A DNA stretch of 64,000 bases from Thermodesulfovibrionales bacterium. GTDB lineage: Bacteria; Nitrospirota; Thermodesulfovibrionia; Thermodesulfovibrionales; SM23-35. Of the stretch, positions 1-9,578 are shown in pieces; position 1 is the stretch's first letter, and every line of letters starts with the position of its first letter. A program made the position numbers and the translations under genes. Under the pieces are notes generated by a model that saw only the letters and a program-made list of their open reading frames with translations, was not told where the DNA came from and made no database searches. The stretch is taken from contig CAVQRT010000007.1 of assembly GCA_963715195.1 (NCBI GenBank), forward strand, positions 288,001 through 352,000, given 5' to 3'.

Positions 1-1
1 C

Positions 2-271
2 CTTGATGTTGAAAACCCCATTTCGGGTTCATACACCCTGGAAGTATCATCACCGGGCATGAACCGGCCATTGAGAAGTCTGAAAGACTATGAAAAAAAT
101 ATGGGGAAGCTTGCCCGTATTATCACAAAGGAAAAGATCGAAAACCAGAATTTCTTTGTCGGTCGCATATCAGCGATTCATGATGGAATCATCCATCTGC
201 GTGCAGGCGAACACGATGTATATATCCCTGTTGAAAACATCTCGAGAGCCAGTCTGGAGATAGAAATATAA
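2..271 (+). CDS. rimP: Ribosome maturation factor RimP, 5'-truncated by window edge
   Basis: Open frame from base 2 reads LDVENPISGSYTLEVSSPGMNRPL (YxLEVSSPG motif); stop overlaps nusA start. Confidence 0.93.
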   Translation, partial: LDVENPISGSYTLEVSSPGMNRPLRSLKDYEKNMGKLARIITKEKIENQNFFVGRISAIHDGIIHLRAGEHDVYIPVENISRASLEIEI

Positions 272-1359
272 TGTCAAAGGAACTTTTTCATGTAGTCGAG
301 CAGATCAGCAAAGAAAAGGGTATTTCAAGAGAAATTTTAATCGAAGCCCTTCGCTCTGCGCTGCTTTCCGCGGCACGAAAAAAGTTCGGCGGAAGGACAA
401 ATATTGATCTGAACATCGACCCGAAAACATACGATATCTCGTTCTTTGAAACCAGAAGGATTGTTCAGACTGTCTCCGAGGCAGATGAGGAAATTTCAAT
501 CGTCGAAGCACGGAAAATCTCACCTGATGCAGCAGAAGGGGGTATTCTTACCATACCTCTCGATCTGCACGACTTCAGCAGGATAGCCGCTCAAACCGCA
601 AAGCAGGTAATTTTTCAGAAGATGCGGGAAGCAGAAAGGGATGTTATTTACAACGAATTCAGTGATAAGGTCGGTCAGGTCGTCAGCGGAGTAGTCATGA
701 GAAAGGAAAAAGGCGTATATTTCCTCAACCTCGGCAAGACAGAGGCAATTCTTCCCATGAAGGAAGCCCTCCCGAATGAAAATCTGAAAAGAGGCGATAC
801 GATCAGGGCATATATAGAACAGGTGAAGATCACCCCGAAAGGTCCTGCTATTCTGGTCACAAGATCAAGTCCTCAATTTGTAGCAGCCCTTTTCAGGATG
901 GAGGTACCGGAAATCAACGATGGACTGGTTATTATTAAGGATATTGTGAGGGAGCCGGGAGAGAGGACAAAGCTTGCGGTTTTTTCAAAAAATCCGTCCA
1001 TTGATCCCGTAGGGGCCTGTGTCGGCATGAAAGGTACGAGGGTACAGTCGATCGTGCGTGAACTCCGGGGTGAACGGATAGATATCATTCCATGGACCGA
1101 TGACCCGAGACAGCTTGTTGCGCGGGCGTTGAGTCCTGCATCAGTGGATAAAATCGGCATTAACGAGGAAACAAAGACCGCAATGGTCGTCGTCAATGAT
1201 CAGCAGCTCTCCCTTGCGATAGGCAAAAGGGGTCAGAATGTCAGGCTTGCCATGAAGCTTACGGGATGGGATATCGATATCCTGAGCGAATCCGAATATT
1301 CCAAGATGCGAATAGAAGAGGCTGACAAGACATTCTCTCCGCCTTCTTCTGATGCCTGA
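271..1359 (+). CDS. nusA: Transcription termination/antitermination factor NusA
   Basis: FSRIAAQTAKQVI, REPGERTK, DPVGACVGMKGTRVQ, LSLAIGKRGQNVRLA. Confidence 0.98.
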   Translation: MSKELFHVVEQISKEKGISREILIEALRSALLSAARKKFGGRTNIDLNIDPKTYDISFFETRRIVQTVSEADEEISIVEARKISPDAAEGGILTIPLDLHDFSRIAAQTAKQVIFQKMREAERDVIYNEFSDKVGQVVSGVVMRKEKGVYFLNLGKTEAILPMKEALPNENLKRGDTIRAYIEQVKITPKGPAILVTRSSPQFVAALFRMEVPEINDGLVIIKDIVREPGERTKLAVFSKNPSIDPVGACVGMKGTRVQSIVRELRGERIDIIPWTDDPRQLVARALSPASVDKIGINEETKTAMVVVNDQQLSLAIGKRGQNVRLAMKLTGWDIDILSESEYSKMRIEEADKTFSPPSSDA

Positions 1360-3442
1360 GGATCCCCCAGATTTTCCCATTCAATATATAAAGGGTGTAG
1401 GACCCCACCGGGCAAAACTCCTGAAACATCTCGGCATCAGAACCGTCAAAGATGCCCTATATTATCTGCCCTACCGCTATGAGGACAGAAGCACTATGAA
1501 AAAAATCAGCGGCCTCGCCTACGGTCAGACAGAGACGGTTGCCGGCACCGTGATTTCCGCAAGGGTGATAAAAACATCCGGAAGAAATTTCAGGATTTTC
1601 GAACTGGGTATCAATGACGGCAGCGCATTGCTAAAGGCAAAGTGGTTCAATCAGCCTTTCATGAAAAAAACCTTCACGGTCGGCACCAAAGTTGTGCTCT
1701 GCGGAACGGTCAGGAAGAATCCTTACTGGGGAATCGGTTTTGAAATGGACAACCCAGAATATGAAGTGATCAGCGACGCGGACGATGCTTCCATACACGT
1801 AAACAGGCTCGTTCCGGTGTACAGAGTCACCGGCGGCCTCAGCGTCAGGCAGATGCGTTCAATCATGTTTCAGGTGGTCAACACCCATAGCAATGATGTA
1901 ATTGACAGCGTTCCCCCTGAAATCCTCAAAAGGACTGCGCTCCCGGAATTGACTCCGGCTCTCACTCAGATACATTTCCCGGATGCCGGCACCGATATGA
2001 ACCTTCTGAACCGCGGGGAAAGCGCCTTCCATAAACGGCTCTCGTTTGATGAACTCTTTCTGCTTGAACTCGGACTCGCCGTGTTAAAAAAAGGTACGCT
2101 GTCTGAAAACGGCATAGCGTTTCAACCTTCGGGTCTCATTTTGAAAAATCTCATTGATTCCTTGCCGTTTGATCTTACGAGGGCCCAGCAAAAAGTCTTC
2201 AGCGAAATCCTGAATGACATGAAGAGGGCATGCCCGATGAACAGACTTATACAGGGCGATGTCGGATGCGGAAAGACAATCGTGGCATTGATGGCCATGG
2301 TGACAGCCGCGGAGAATGGTTATCAGTCGGCACTCATGGCACCGACAGAGATACTCGCCGAACAGCATTACCTGAGCATATACAGAACTTTGGAAAAACT
2401 GGGTCTGAAAACGTGTCTTCTGACCGGAAGCAGCAGGGACAGACCACTTCAGCAGATCGCTTCAGGAAAAATAAACATGGTAGTCGGTACCCATTCCCTG
2501 ATCCAGGAAGGAGTAAGTTTCGGGAATCTGGGCCTGATTATCATAGACGAACAGCACCGGTTTGGTGTCATGCAGAGGGCTCTCCTGAAAAGAAAAGCCC
2601 TGAATCCGGATGTACTCGTTATGACAGCAACTCCCATCCCAAGAACACTTGCACTCACCCTGTTCGGTGACCTTGATTATTCTGTCATTGATGAACTTCC
2701 TGCGGAAAGACGCCCGGTCAAAACTCTCCTTTTTCAGGCAGATCAAAAAGAACCGGTATACCGGCTTATCCGGGAAGAGGTAAAAAAGGGGAGACAGGTT
2801 TATGTTGTTTATCCGGTCATTGAAGAATCGGAGAAAACTGATCTCAGGTCTGCGCTCAACGGGAAGACGGCCTTTCAAAAGGTTTTTCCCGGATTGAAAA
2901 TAGGTCTCATGCACGGAAGAATGAAGACACAGGACAGGGAACAGGTCATGGCATTATTCAGACAGGGAGAGATCGACATCCTTGTCTGTACAACGGTAAT
3001 CGAGGTCGGTGTCGACGTGCCAAATGCGTCGCTTATGATTATAATACATGCAGAGCGGTTCGGCCTTTCACAGCTTCATCAACTGCGCGGCAGGATAGGC
3101 AGGGGACCGTATCAGTCCTTTTGCATTTTGCTGGCGTATGCGCCCTATGGAGAAGAGGCCGGGAGGCGTCTTGACATCATGGTAAAGAGCAATGACGGCT
3201 TCAGGATTGCCGAGGAAGACCTGAATATTCGGGGGCCAGGAGATTTTTTCGGTACCCGGCAGTCCGGGATGCCCGATCTCAAAATAGCGAATATCGTGCG
3301 GGATGCCGGGCTTCTCAATCAAGCAAGAGAGGAGGCATTCAGCCTCATTGAAGACGATCCTGACCTAAGGGAATACCCTCTTCTCAAACGTTCGGCTGAA
3401 CATTTCTGGGAAGAGAAAATCGAACTGTTGAAGACCGGATAG
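1352..3442 (+). CDS. recG: ATP-dependent DNA helicase RecG
   Basis: QGDVGCGKT, DEQHRFGV, MTATPIPRTL, QLHQLRGRIGRG, RGPGDFFGTRQSG. Confidence 0.98.
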   Translation: MPEDPPDFPIQYIKGVGPHRAKLLKHLGIRTVKDALYYLPYRYEDRSTMKKISGLAYGQTETVAGTVISARVIKTSGRNFRIFELGINDGSALLKAKWFNQPFMKKTFTVGTKVVLCGTVRKNPYWGIGFEMDNPEYEVISDADDASIHVNRLVPVYRVTGGLSVRQMRSIMFQVVNTHSNDVIDSVPPEILKRTALPELTPALTQIHFPDAGTDMNLLNRGESAFHKRLSFDELFLLELGLAVLKKGTLSENGIAFQPSGLILKNLIDSLPFDLTRAQQKVFSEILNDMKRACPMNRLIQGDVGCGKTIVALMAMVTAAENGYQSALMAPTEILAEQHYLSIYRTLEKLGLKTCLLTGSSRDRPLQQIASGKINMVVGTHSLIQEGVSFGNLGLIIIDEQHRFGVMQRALLKRKALNPDVLVMTATPIPRTLALTLFGDLDYSVIDELPAERRPVKTLLFQADQKEPVYRLIREEVKKGRQVYVVYPVIEESEKTDLRSALNGKTAFQKVFPGLKIGLMHGRMKTQDREQVMALFRQGEIDILVCTTVIEVGVDVPNASLMIIIHAERFGLSQLHQLRGRIGRGPYQSFCILLAYAPYGEEAGRRLDIMVKSNDGFRIAEEDLNIRGPGDFFGTRQSGMPDLKIANIVRDAGLLNQAREEAFSLIEDDPDLREYPLLKRSAEHFWEEKIELLKTG

Positions 3443-3452
3443 GGGGAATCAT

Positions 3453-3767
3453 ATGTTGAAGAGAATAAAGGACAGCTTTGACCATGGTGTCGCAAAAATT
3501 AAATGGTTTTCCTCACTGATATCGGACCGCGTGAAGGTGGAGTTGTCTGTCATAAAACTGCTCTATGAATCCGATCAGATGGAAAAAAGGAAGGAAGATT
3601 TAATGAGGACAATAGGCCGGCGTGTCATTGAGTTGAAAGAGTATTCCGACAGGCAGGTTCTGAATGACAGCACCATTGCAGAGGCGATTGCTGAGATTGA
3701 ACAAATCACCCTCGAAATTGAACAGACGAGGAAAAAGGCTTCGGAGATAAGCAAGATAGAGGAGTAA
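3453..3767 (+). CDS. Hypothetical coiled-coil protein
   Basis: 104-aa ORF with SD (GGGGG), tightly coupled between recG and pilD. Confidence 0.75.
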   Translation: MLKRIKDSFDHGVAKIKWFSSLISDRVKVELSVIKLLYESDQMEKRKEDLMRTIGRRVIELKEYSDRQVLNDSTIAEAIAEIEQITLEIEQTRKKASEISKIEE

Positions 3768-4543
3768 TGAGTGATATCGCACCCTATATAATCATTTTCT
3801 CTCTTGGTGCCCTCGTCGGCTCTTTTCTGAATGTCTGCATTTACCGCGTTCCGCGGAATCTTTCGATCATCTTTCCCTCCTCAAGATGTCCTTCCTGCAA
3901 TACGCCGATCAAACCATATGATAATATTCCTGTCCTCAGTTATATCCTGCTCGGCGGCAAATGCAGGGTTTGCAACACAGGCATATCTTTGCGGTACCCG
4001 TTTGTTGAACTGCTCAATGCGGCACTCTATGTTCTCGTTCTCTACAGTTTTGGATTTGCATGGCATGCCGTTATCTATGGAATTCTGTGTTCTGCCCTCG
4101 TTGTGATAACCTTTATCGACCTTGACTTTCAGATTATTCCCGACGTCATAACCCTGCCGGGAATCCTCATCGGGATTGTCGCGGGTTCTCTGCTGATGCC
4201 GGATCCTTTTGCGAGACATGCCCTTCTCGGATTCAGGGCGTCTGCTGCGGGTCTCCTCGCTGGCGGTGGACTCTTCTATGCAATAGCGGTACTCAGCAAG
4301 GGAGGCATGGGTGGCGGAGATATCAAATTGATGGCCATGGTGGGTGCTCTCATGGGATGGAAATCCGTTTTTTTGACAATATTTCTTGGGAGCCTTACCG
4401 GTGCTCTCTTCGGGATAGTTCTCATGGTTACCCAGGGCAAGGGCAGAAAGACCAAAATACCGTTCGGACCGTTTCTCGCCCTCGGGACATTGATAACCCT
4501 TTTCTACGGACAGGAAATTTTTTCCTGGTATTTTTCCCGGTGA
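3767..4543 (+). CDS. pilD: Type IV prepilin peptidase/N-methyltransferase (A24)
   Basis: GSFLNVCIYRVP, two CxxC motifs, FIDLD, MGGGDIKL, IPFGPFL. Confidence 0.95.
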   Translation: MSDIAPYIIIFSLGALVGSFLNVCIYRVPRNLSIIFPSSRCPSCNTPIKPYDNIPVLSYILLGGKCRVCNTGISLRYPFVELLNAALYVLVLYSFGFAWHAVIYGILCSALVVITFIDLDFQIIPDVITLPGILIGIVAGSLLMPDPFARHALLGFRASAAGLLAGGGLFYAIAVLSKGGMGGGDIKLMAMVGALMGWKSVFLTIFLGSLTGALFGIVLMVTQGKGRKTKIPFGPFLALGTLITLFYGQEIFSWYFSR

Positions 4544-4549
4544 CGTAAA

Positions 4550-5803
4550 ATGACCGCGGAGATTATCTTCTTTTATTCGATCGCCGTAATCGTTGCCGGT
4601 GCAATACTTCTGTTTTTTTTCCGGCTGCTGCTCCGGTATTCCGGAGCAAAGAAAATCAAGGAGGACAAGGATTCATCTCAGGTAGGATTTGTCGTTGATA
4701 CGTTTCATGAACTTGTTTCACAGCTCAAGGAGAAGGAGAAAGAGCTTGAAGTCCTGAGGAAGATGGCGGAAGACAGGGCAACCGCAATAGAAGGGTACAA
4801 TGAAAATATCCTGCAGAGCGTTCAGAGCGGAGTCATAAGCTTCGACGAGGAGATGAAGATCACAAAAATAAATCTTGCCGCCTCGAAAATACTGGAAATT
4901 CAGGGAGACAGCATGATCGGTCAATTTCACGATGCGGTCCTGAATAAACCAATTACCGATTTTCTGAGGGACAGGAAAATCATTGAACGCGGTGAGATTA
5001 GCTATGTCACCCCCTCAGGGAAGAGAATCTGGCTCGGGCTCACGCTTTCACCGCTGAAAAACAGCGAAGGCACAACAATCGGACAGATCCTGATCTTTAC
5101 CGACCTCACCCACCTCAAGGCAATCGAGTCCCAGATGGAACTGCGGAACAAACTCTCAAGCCTCGGTGAGATATCTGCCGGGATAGCCCACGAGTTAAGA
5201 AACCCGATGGGCGTCATAGCGGGGTACACAAAGATCCTCTCAAAAAAAGCTGAAAGCTCCCTCATGCCAACCGTCGATGCCATATCCAGAGAAATCATCG
5301 TCATGGACAGAATCATCTCCGATTTCCTGTCATTCGCACGACCTGTCGAACTGAATCCCGCGGATATCGATCTCAAGGCGATTATCGAATATTGTCTCAT
5401 GGCAACCGCAGAGAAGCGGAATGATATTGATCTTCGAATCGGGATCGCAAACCTGCCCCTCATGAAAGGTGATGAAGTGCTTATGAGACAGGCATTTATC
5501 AATCTCATTCAAAATGCTCTCGAAGCAATGCCGCAGGGTGGAACGCTGACAATCAGAGGGATCCCGTCAGGCAACGATTATCTGGACATCACTGTCACAG
5601 ATACCGGCCACGGCATTTCTGAAAATGTAAAAGACAAAATTTTCCTCCCGTTTTTTACCACCAAAGAGAAGGGAACAGGCCTTGGGCTTGCAATCGTACA
5701 CAAGATTGTGATATCACATGGCGGGAGCATTCACGTTGACAGCAGTGACAAAGGAACAGCATTCAGGCTCCGCCTTCCGGTGGGAAGCACACATACACCC
5801 TGA
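4550..5803 (+). CDS. Membrane-anchored PAS sensor histidine kinase (NtrB/PilS-like)
   Basis: N-terminal TM, PAS region, IAHELRNP H-box, NLIQNA, DTGHGI, FFTTKEKGTGLGL. Confidence 0.93.
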   Translation: MTAEIIFFYSIAVIVAGAILLFFFRLLLRYSGAKKIKEDKDSSQVGFVVDTFHELVSQLKEKEKELEVLRKMAEDRATAIEGYNENILQSVQSGVISFDEEMKITKINLAASKILEIQGDSMIGQFHDAVLNKPITDFLRDRKIIERGEISYVTPSGKRIWLGLTLSPLKNSEGTTIGQILIFTDLTHLKAIESQMELRNKLSSLGEISAGIAHELRNPMGVIAGYTKILSKKAESSLMPTVDAISREIIVMDRIISDFLSFARPVELNPADIDLKAIIEYCLMATAEKRNDIDLRIGIANLPLMKGDEVLMRQAFINLIQNALEAMPQGGTLTIRGIPSGNDYLDITVTDTGHGISENVKDKIFLPFFTTKEKGTGLGLAIVHKIVISHGGSIHVDSSDKGTAFRLRLPVGSTHTP

Positions 5804-5866
5804 TTATCCGGCATCAATAGCTTTATCGACAAGAATTACGGATAGAGCAGTTCCTGAAAAAAACTC

Positions 5867-5899
5867 TTGACAATTCTTATTTTATTGTTATATATAAAT
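5867..5899 (+). promoter_or_regulatory. Sigma70-type promoter of hsp20 operon
   Basis: Perfect TTGACA at 5867-5872 followed by AT-rich TGTTATATATAAAT; exact -10 register ambiguous. Confidence 0.65.
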
Positions 5900-5902
5900 A
5901 TA

Positions 5903-5929
5903 TTAGCACTCACGATATGAGAGTGCTAA
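5903..5929 (+). promoter_or_regulatory. CIRCE element (HrcA operator)
   Basis: Perfect TTAGCACTC-N9-GAGTGCTAA between promoter and first hsp20. Confidence 0.97.
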
Positions 5930-5979
5930 TCCAATATTAATTGATTTTCAAGACAATTTTCACAGGGAGGTGAAAGATT

Positions 5980-6411
5980 ATGTTATGGTCAGATTTGGAA
6001 AAGCTTGGAAGGTTTTGGGACCCGTGGAGGGAGTTTGAGCGCATGCAGCGTTCTCTCTCAGGGCGGACATTTTCTTCCTCCGCGGAATTCCCTCTGGTCA
6101 ATGTGTGGACATCCGGCGATGAAGCGATATTCACTACTGAAATCCCGGGAGTTGATCCGAAATCAATCGACATCTCGGTTGTGGGGAAAACGGTTACCAT
6201 TCGCGGGTCGCGCGATCCGGAAAATCTCAGCGAAGGAGCGTCCTATCACCGGAGAGAGCGGTGGACCGGGCAGTTTACAAAATCTGTCGAAATGCCCTTC
6301 TCCATTGAAGCATCTAAAGTTGAAGCGAAATTCAGCAGGGGCGTACTCCGCATAACCGCCCCGCGCGCAGAAGCCGAGAAACCGAAAAAAATCGCAGTAA
6401 AATCAGACTAA
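5980..6411 (+). CDS. Hsp20/alpha-crystallin small heat shock protein
   Basis: FPLVNVW, EIPGVD, YHRRER.G.F, A.FSRGVLRITAP. Confidence 0.95.
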   Translation: MLWSDLEKLGRFWDPWREFERMQRSLSGRTFSSSAEFPLVNVWTSGDEAIFTTEIPGVDPKSIDISVVGKTVTIRGSRDPENLSEGASYHRRERWTGQFTKSVEMPFSIEASKVEAKFSRGVLRITAPRAEAEKPKKIAVKSD

Positions 6412-6435
6412 GTGTATTAGAGGAGGTGATTGTAT

Positions 6436-6843
6436 ATGGCGGAACCAGCCAAGGAAGTACAGAAAAAAGAAGCTGAAACACCCGAAAAGGGGGAACTCAC
6501 AAGGGCACGGAGGATATTTTCCCCTGCCGTTGATATCATAGAGCGGAAGGACGACATTGTCGTTGTAGCGGATATTCCCGGTGTTGATGATAAAACAATA
6601 GATATCACCCTTGAAAAAAATGTCCTCACTCTCTATGGCAGGGTAGAAGCTGATATCCCGGAAAAACACACCCTCTGCCTTTCCGAGTACGGCATCGGGG
6701 ATTATCAGAGAGTTTTCACCCTTACCGATGAGGTTAACAGAGAGAAGATCGAGGCAACCGTCAAAAACGGTGTTTTAACCATTCTTCTGCCCAAGGCCGA
6801 GATTGTGAAAACTAAAAAAATATCGGTCAGGGCTGGAGCATAA
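6436..6843 (+). CDS. Hsp20/alpha-crystallin small heat shock protein
   Basis: PAVDIIE, ADIPGVD, ATVKNGVLTILLPK; ATG 6436 chosen from SD AGGAGGTGA. Confidence 0.95.
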   Translation: MAEPAKEVQKKEAETPEKGELTRARRIFSPAVDIIERKDDIVVVADIPGVDDKTIDITLEKNVLTLYGRVEADIPEKHTLCLSEYGIGDYQRVFTLTDEVNREKIEATVKNGVLTILLPKAEIVKTKKISVRAGA

Positions 6844-6864
6844 CGAAGAAGGGAGGTAGTGAAT

Positions 6865-7356
6865 ATGACGAAGAAAAATGTCATACCATCCGAAAAAAAG
6901 AGTGTACCGGTAAAACGCGAGGAGTATCATCCTTTCTCGCTCCTTCGTGAGGAAATGAATACGCTCTTTGACAATTTCTTCCGCGGCTTCGAAATTGAAC
7001 CGTTCAGGAGCCGTTTTGGAGCTTTCAGTCCGAGCATTGATGTGAAGGAATCCGATACGGACATCTCGGTCACTGCGGAGCTTCCGGGTATGAATGACAA
7101 GGATATCGATGTCTCCCTGACGAGGGATTCCCTCACAATCAAAGGCGAAAAGAAAGAAGAGAAGGAGGAAAAGGGGAAGGACTACTACCGCATGGAACGG
7201 TCCTTTGGATCATTCAGCCGCACCATTCCTCTGCCTTCAGAAATTGCCACGGACAAGGTCAAGGCCGAATTCAAGAAGGGATTGCTGACCGTTACCCTCC
7301 CCAAGACAGAAAAAGCGATCAGGGAGACAAAAAAGATTTCTGTAAAAGCAGACTAA
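6865..7356 (+). CDS. Hsp20/alpha-crystallin small heat shock protein
   Basis: PSIDVKE, AELPGM, YYRMERSFGSFSRTIPLP, FKKGLLTVTLPK. Confidence 0.96.
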   Translation: MTKKNVIPSEKKSVPVKREEYHPFSLLREEMNTLFDNFFRGFEIEPFRSRFGAFSPSIDVKESDTDISVTAELPGMNDKDIDVSLTRDSLTIKGEKKEEKEEKGKDYYRMERSFGSFSRTIPLPSEIATDKVKAEFKKGLLTVTLPKTEKAIRETKKISVKAD

Positions 7357-7369
7357 TCTGAACATTACC

Positions 7370-7401
7370 GGCGTGCCGGCATGTTTCCATGCCGGCATGT
7401 C
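7370..7401 (+). terminator. GC-rich stem-loop after hsp20 operon (terminator or 3' stabiliser)
   Basis: TGCCGGCATG-tttc-CATGCCGGCA perfect 10-bp stem; no clear U tract. Confidence 0.55.
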
Positions 7402-7436
7402 ATTCCAATCCCCTCTCCCTTCCTTTATAATCAAGC

Positions 7437-9572
7437 ATGCATATGATGCGTGCGCCCTCACCGTATCTCTTCATCCTCATGGGCACTACATCACTGCTGC
7501 TCCAGATAACCGTCCTGCGCCTCCTGCTTGCGACATTCTCGGGCAACGAACTCGATATCGGCATCACCCTCTCCTTCTGGCTTATCTATGTCGGCATTGG
7601 AAGTTATGCAGGGAAAAGGATCTCATTCAACCGCGCGTTCTGTCTTTCTTTTGTTTTCATTGCCCTTCTCACCCTGCCGACCGCTTTAGCAATAAAGACT
7701 GTCAGGGTTCTTTTATCCCTTGAACCGGGTGAAGCGGTATCCTTCGTGGACACGGTTCTGTCAACAGCACTGATACTGCTGCCCCTCTGTTTTATTATCG
7801 GGATTCAGTTCCCCCTGGCTGTTTCATATGCGGGAACCGTAAATCCTGCGGGCAGGATTTACGGTCTTGAATCTCTCGGTGCATTCTGCGGAGGCATTCT
7901 GTTCACATTCCTGATTTCATCCAGGATCAGCGCCCTCGAACTCTGCCTCGTTCTTTCCCTCATAAATATAGCAGCTGCAGTATATTTTTCCAGAAGAAAA
8001 TTGATCCTTCTGTTCATCATCGTTCCAATTTTTTTCTATGTCATTTTTCACGCCTCTGCCCCATCTTTTTTATGGAGGGGTGCGCAAGTGGTCCGTGTGG
8101 GTGAATCAAGGTTGGGCGAAATTGCGGCAATCACTATCGGCAAGCAGTCGAGTATCTATGCGAATGGACAGCTTGTATTCAGTTATCCCGATGCCCAGAC
8201 TGAGGAGATGAGCATCCATTTCCCCATGACCCTGCATCCTTCCCCGAAGGATATCCTCGTCATTGGAGGCTCACCGGGAATATTCAGGGAACTCCTGAAA
8301 TATCAGGTAGCCCGGGTTGATTTTATAGAGCTTGACCCTAAAATAATCGATTTTTCACTCGAGCTCCTGAAAAGCCCAGAAGATCTGAATGCAGTGCAGG
8401 ATTCCAGAATTCATATCATTATTCAGGATGGAAGGCGGTTCATCAAAAGTCTCAGGAACCGGACTTACGATATGCTAATCCTTAACCTCCCACAGCCGTC
8501 AACGGCAAGCATCAACAGATTCTACACCATTGAATTCTTCAGGGAGGCACGGAATGTTCTGAAGAAAGACGGCATCCTCACGATGCACATGCCCCGATCA
8601 GCGGGGTACATGGGCAAAAGCATGCAAACTGCAAGTGCTTCAATCTACAACTCTCTCCTGTCAGTCTTCCCGCATGTTGAGGTGACGTCGCAGGAATATG
8701 GACTGCTCTTTTCATCAGATACGCAAATCAATAATGATGCCGATCTTCTCAAAAGGAGATATATGGAAAGAGGCTTGCCTGTCAGATATTTTCATTCCTA
8801 CATCTTCCGGGATGCCTTTTCGCCATTCGGAGTGAATTATGTAAAACAGCGGCTAAGTGAAATAAAATCCGTCAATACGGATTTTCAGCCATCTGCATAT
8901 CTCTTCAATCTCATGCTCTGGGCTGAAATCCATGGAGGCAAGTCTCTCCATCACTTTCTGCAGATCAAAAGGTGGCAGCTGCTCGGTACCATAATAATCA
9001 TCCTGTCTTTTTTATCGCCTTTTTTGTTCCGGCATCGAAAGAGAGTTATCTCTTTTTCAATATTCACAACAGGGTTTTCCGGAATTTCCTTTCTGCTGAT
9101 TGCTATTCTTGCCTGCCAGTCGCTGCATGGGTATGTATACGAAATGATCGGGATACTGTCAGCCTTGTTTATGATTGGTCTCTGGGCAGGCACAGCGGTC
9201 TCCGGAACACTCCAAAAACCGCTTAGGACTTTATTGCTCCTCGATATGAGTTGTATCCTTCTCGCGGTTTCCTCGGTGTTTCTCTTTCAGGAATCAGGAA
9301 GCCTGTACGTGATAGTTTTTGTTGCAGGAATCCTGTGCGGCGCGCAATTCAGCGCAGCCAATCTGTCTGCCGGAGAATCAATGTCAGGGAGCAGGCTCTA
9401 TGCACTCGATCTGTTCGGATCATTCGTTGGTGCACTGATATCAACGCTGATTATTATCCCGCTTTTCGGCATCCCGACTGCACTGGTGCTCATAGCCGTG
9501 ATAAAGACCTTCTCAGCAGCGATGATATTCAACCTGCGACCCGTTCACACCAGTCGGTATTGGGCACTTTGA
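7437..9572 (+). CDS. Membrane-fused spermidine synthase-like (aminopropyl/methyltransferase fold) protein
   Basis: N- and C-terminal multi-TM blocks (IYGLESLGA, LYALDLFGS) flank ILVIGG, FIELDPKII, DGRRFI, NRFYTIEFF. Confidence 0.85.
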   Translation: MHMMRAPSPYLFILMGTTSLLLQITVLRLLLATFSGNELDIGITLSFWLIYVGIGSYAGKRISFNRAFCLSFVFIALLTLPTALAIKTVRVLLSLEPGEAVSFVDTVLSTALILLPLCFIIGIQFPLAVSYAGTVNPAGRIYGLESLGAFCGGILFTFLISSRISALELCLVLSLINIAAAVYFSRRKLILLFIIVPIFFYVIFHASAPSFLWRGAQVVRVGESRLGEIAAITIGKQSSIYANGQLVFSYPDAQTEEMSIHFPMTLHPSPKDILVIGGSPGIFRELLKYQVARVDFIELDPKIIDFSLELLKSPEDLNAVQDSRIHIIIQDGRRFIKSLRNRTYDMLILNLPQPSTASINRFYTIEFFREARNVLKKDGILTMHMPRSAGYMGKSMQTASASIYNSLLSVFPHVEVTSQEYGLLFSSDTQINNDADLLKRRYMERGLPVRYFHSYIFRDAFSPFGVNYVKQRLSEIKSVNTDFQPSAYLFNLMLWAEIHGGKSLHHFLQIKRWQLLGTIIIILSFLSPFLFRHRKRVISFSIFTTGFSGISFLLIAILACQSLHGYVYEMIGILSALFMIGLWAGTAVSGTLQKPLRTLLLLDMSCILLAVSSVFLFQESGSLYVIVFVAGILCGAQFSAANLSAGESMSGSRLYALDLFGSFVGALISTLIIIPLFGIPTALVLIAVIKTFSAAMIFNLRPVHTSRYWAL

Positions 9573-9578
9573 AGTCCT

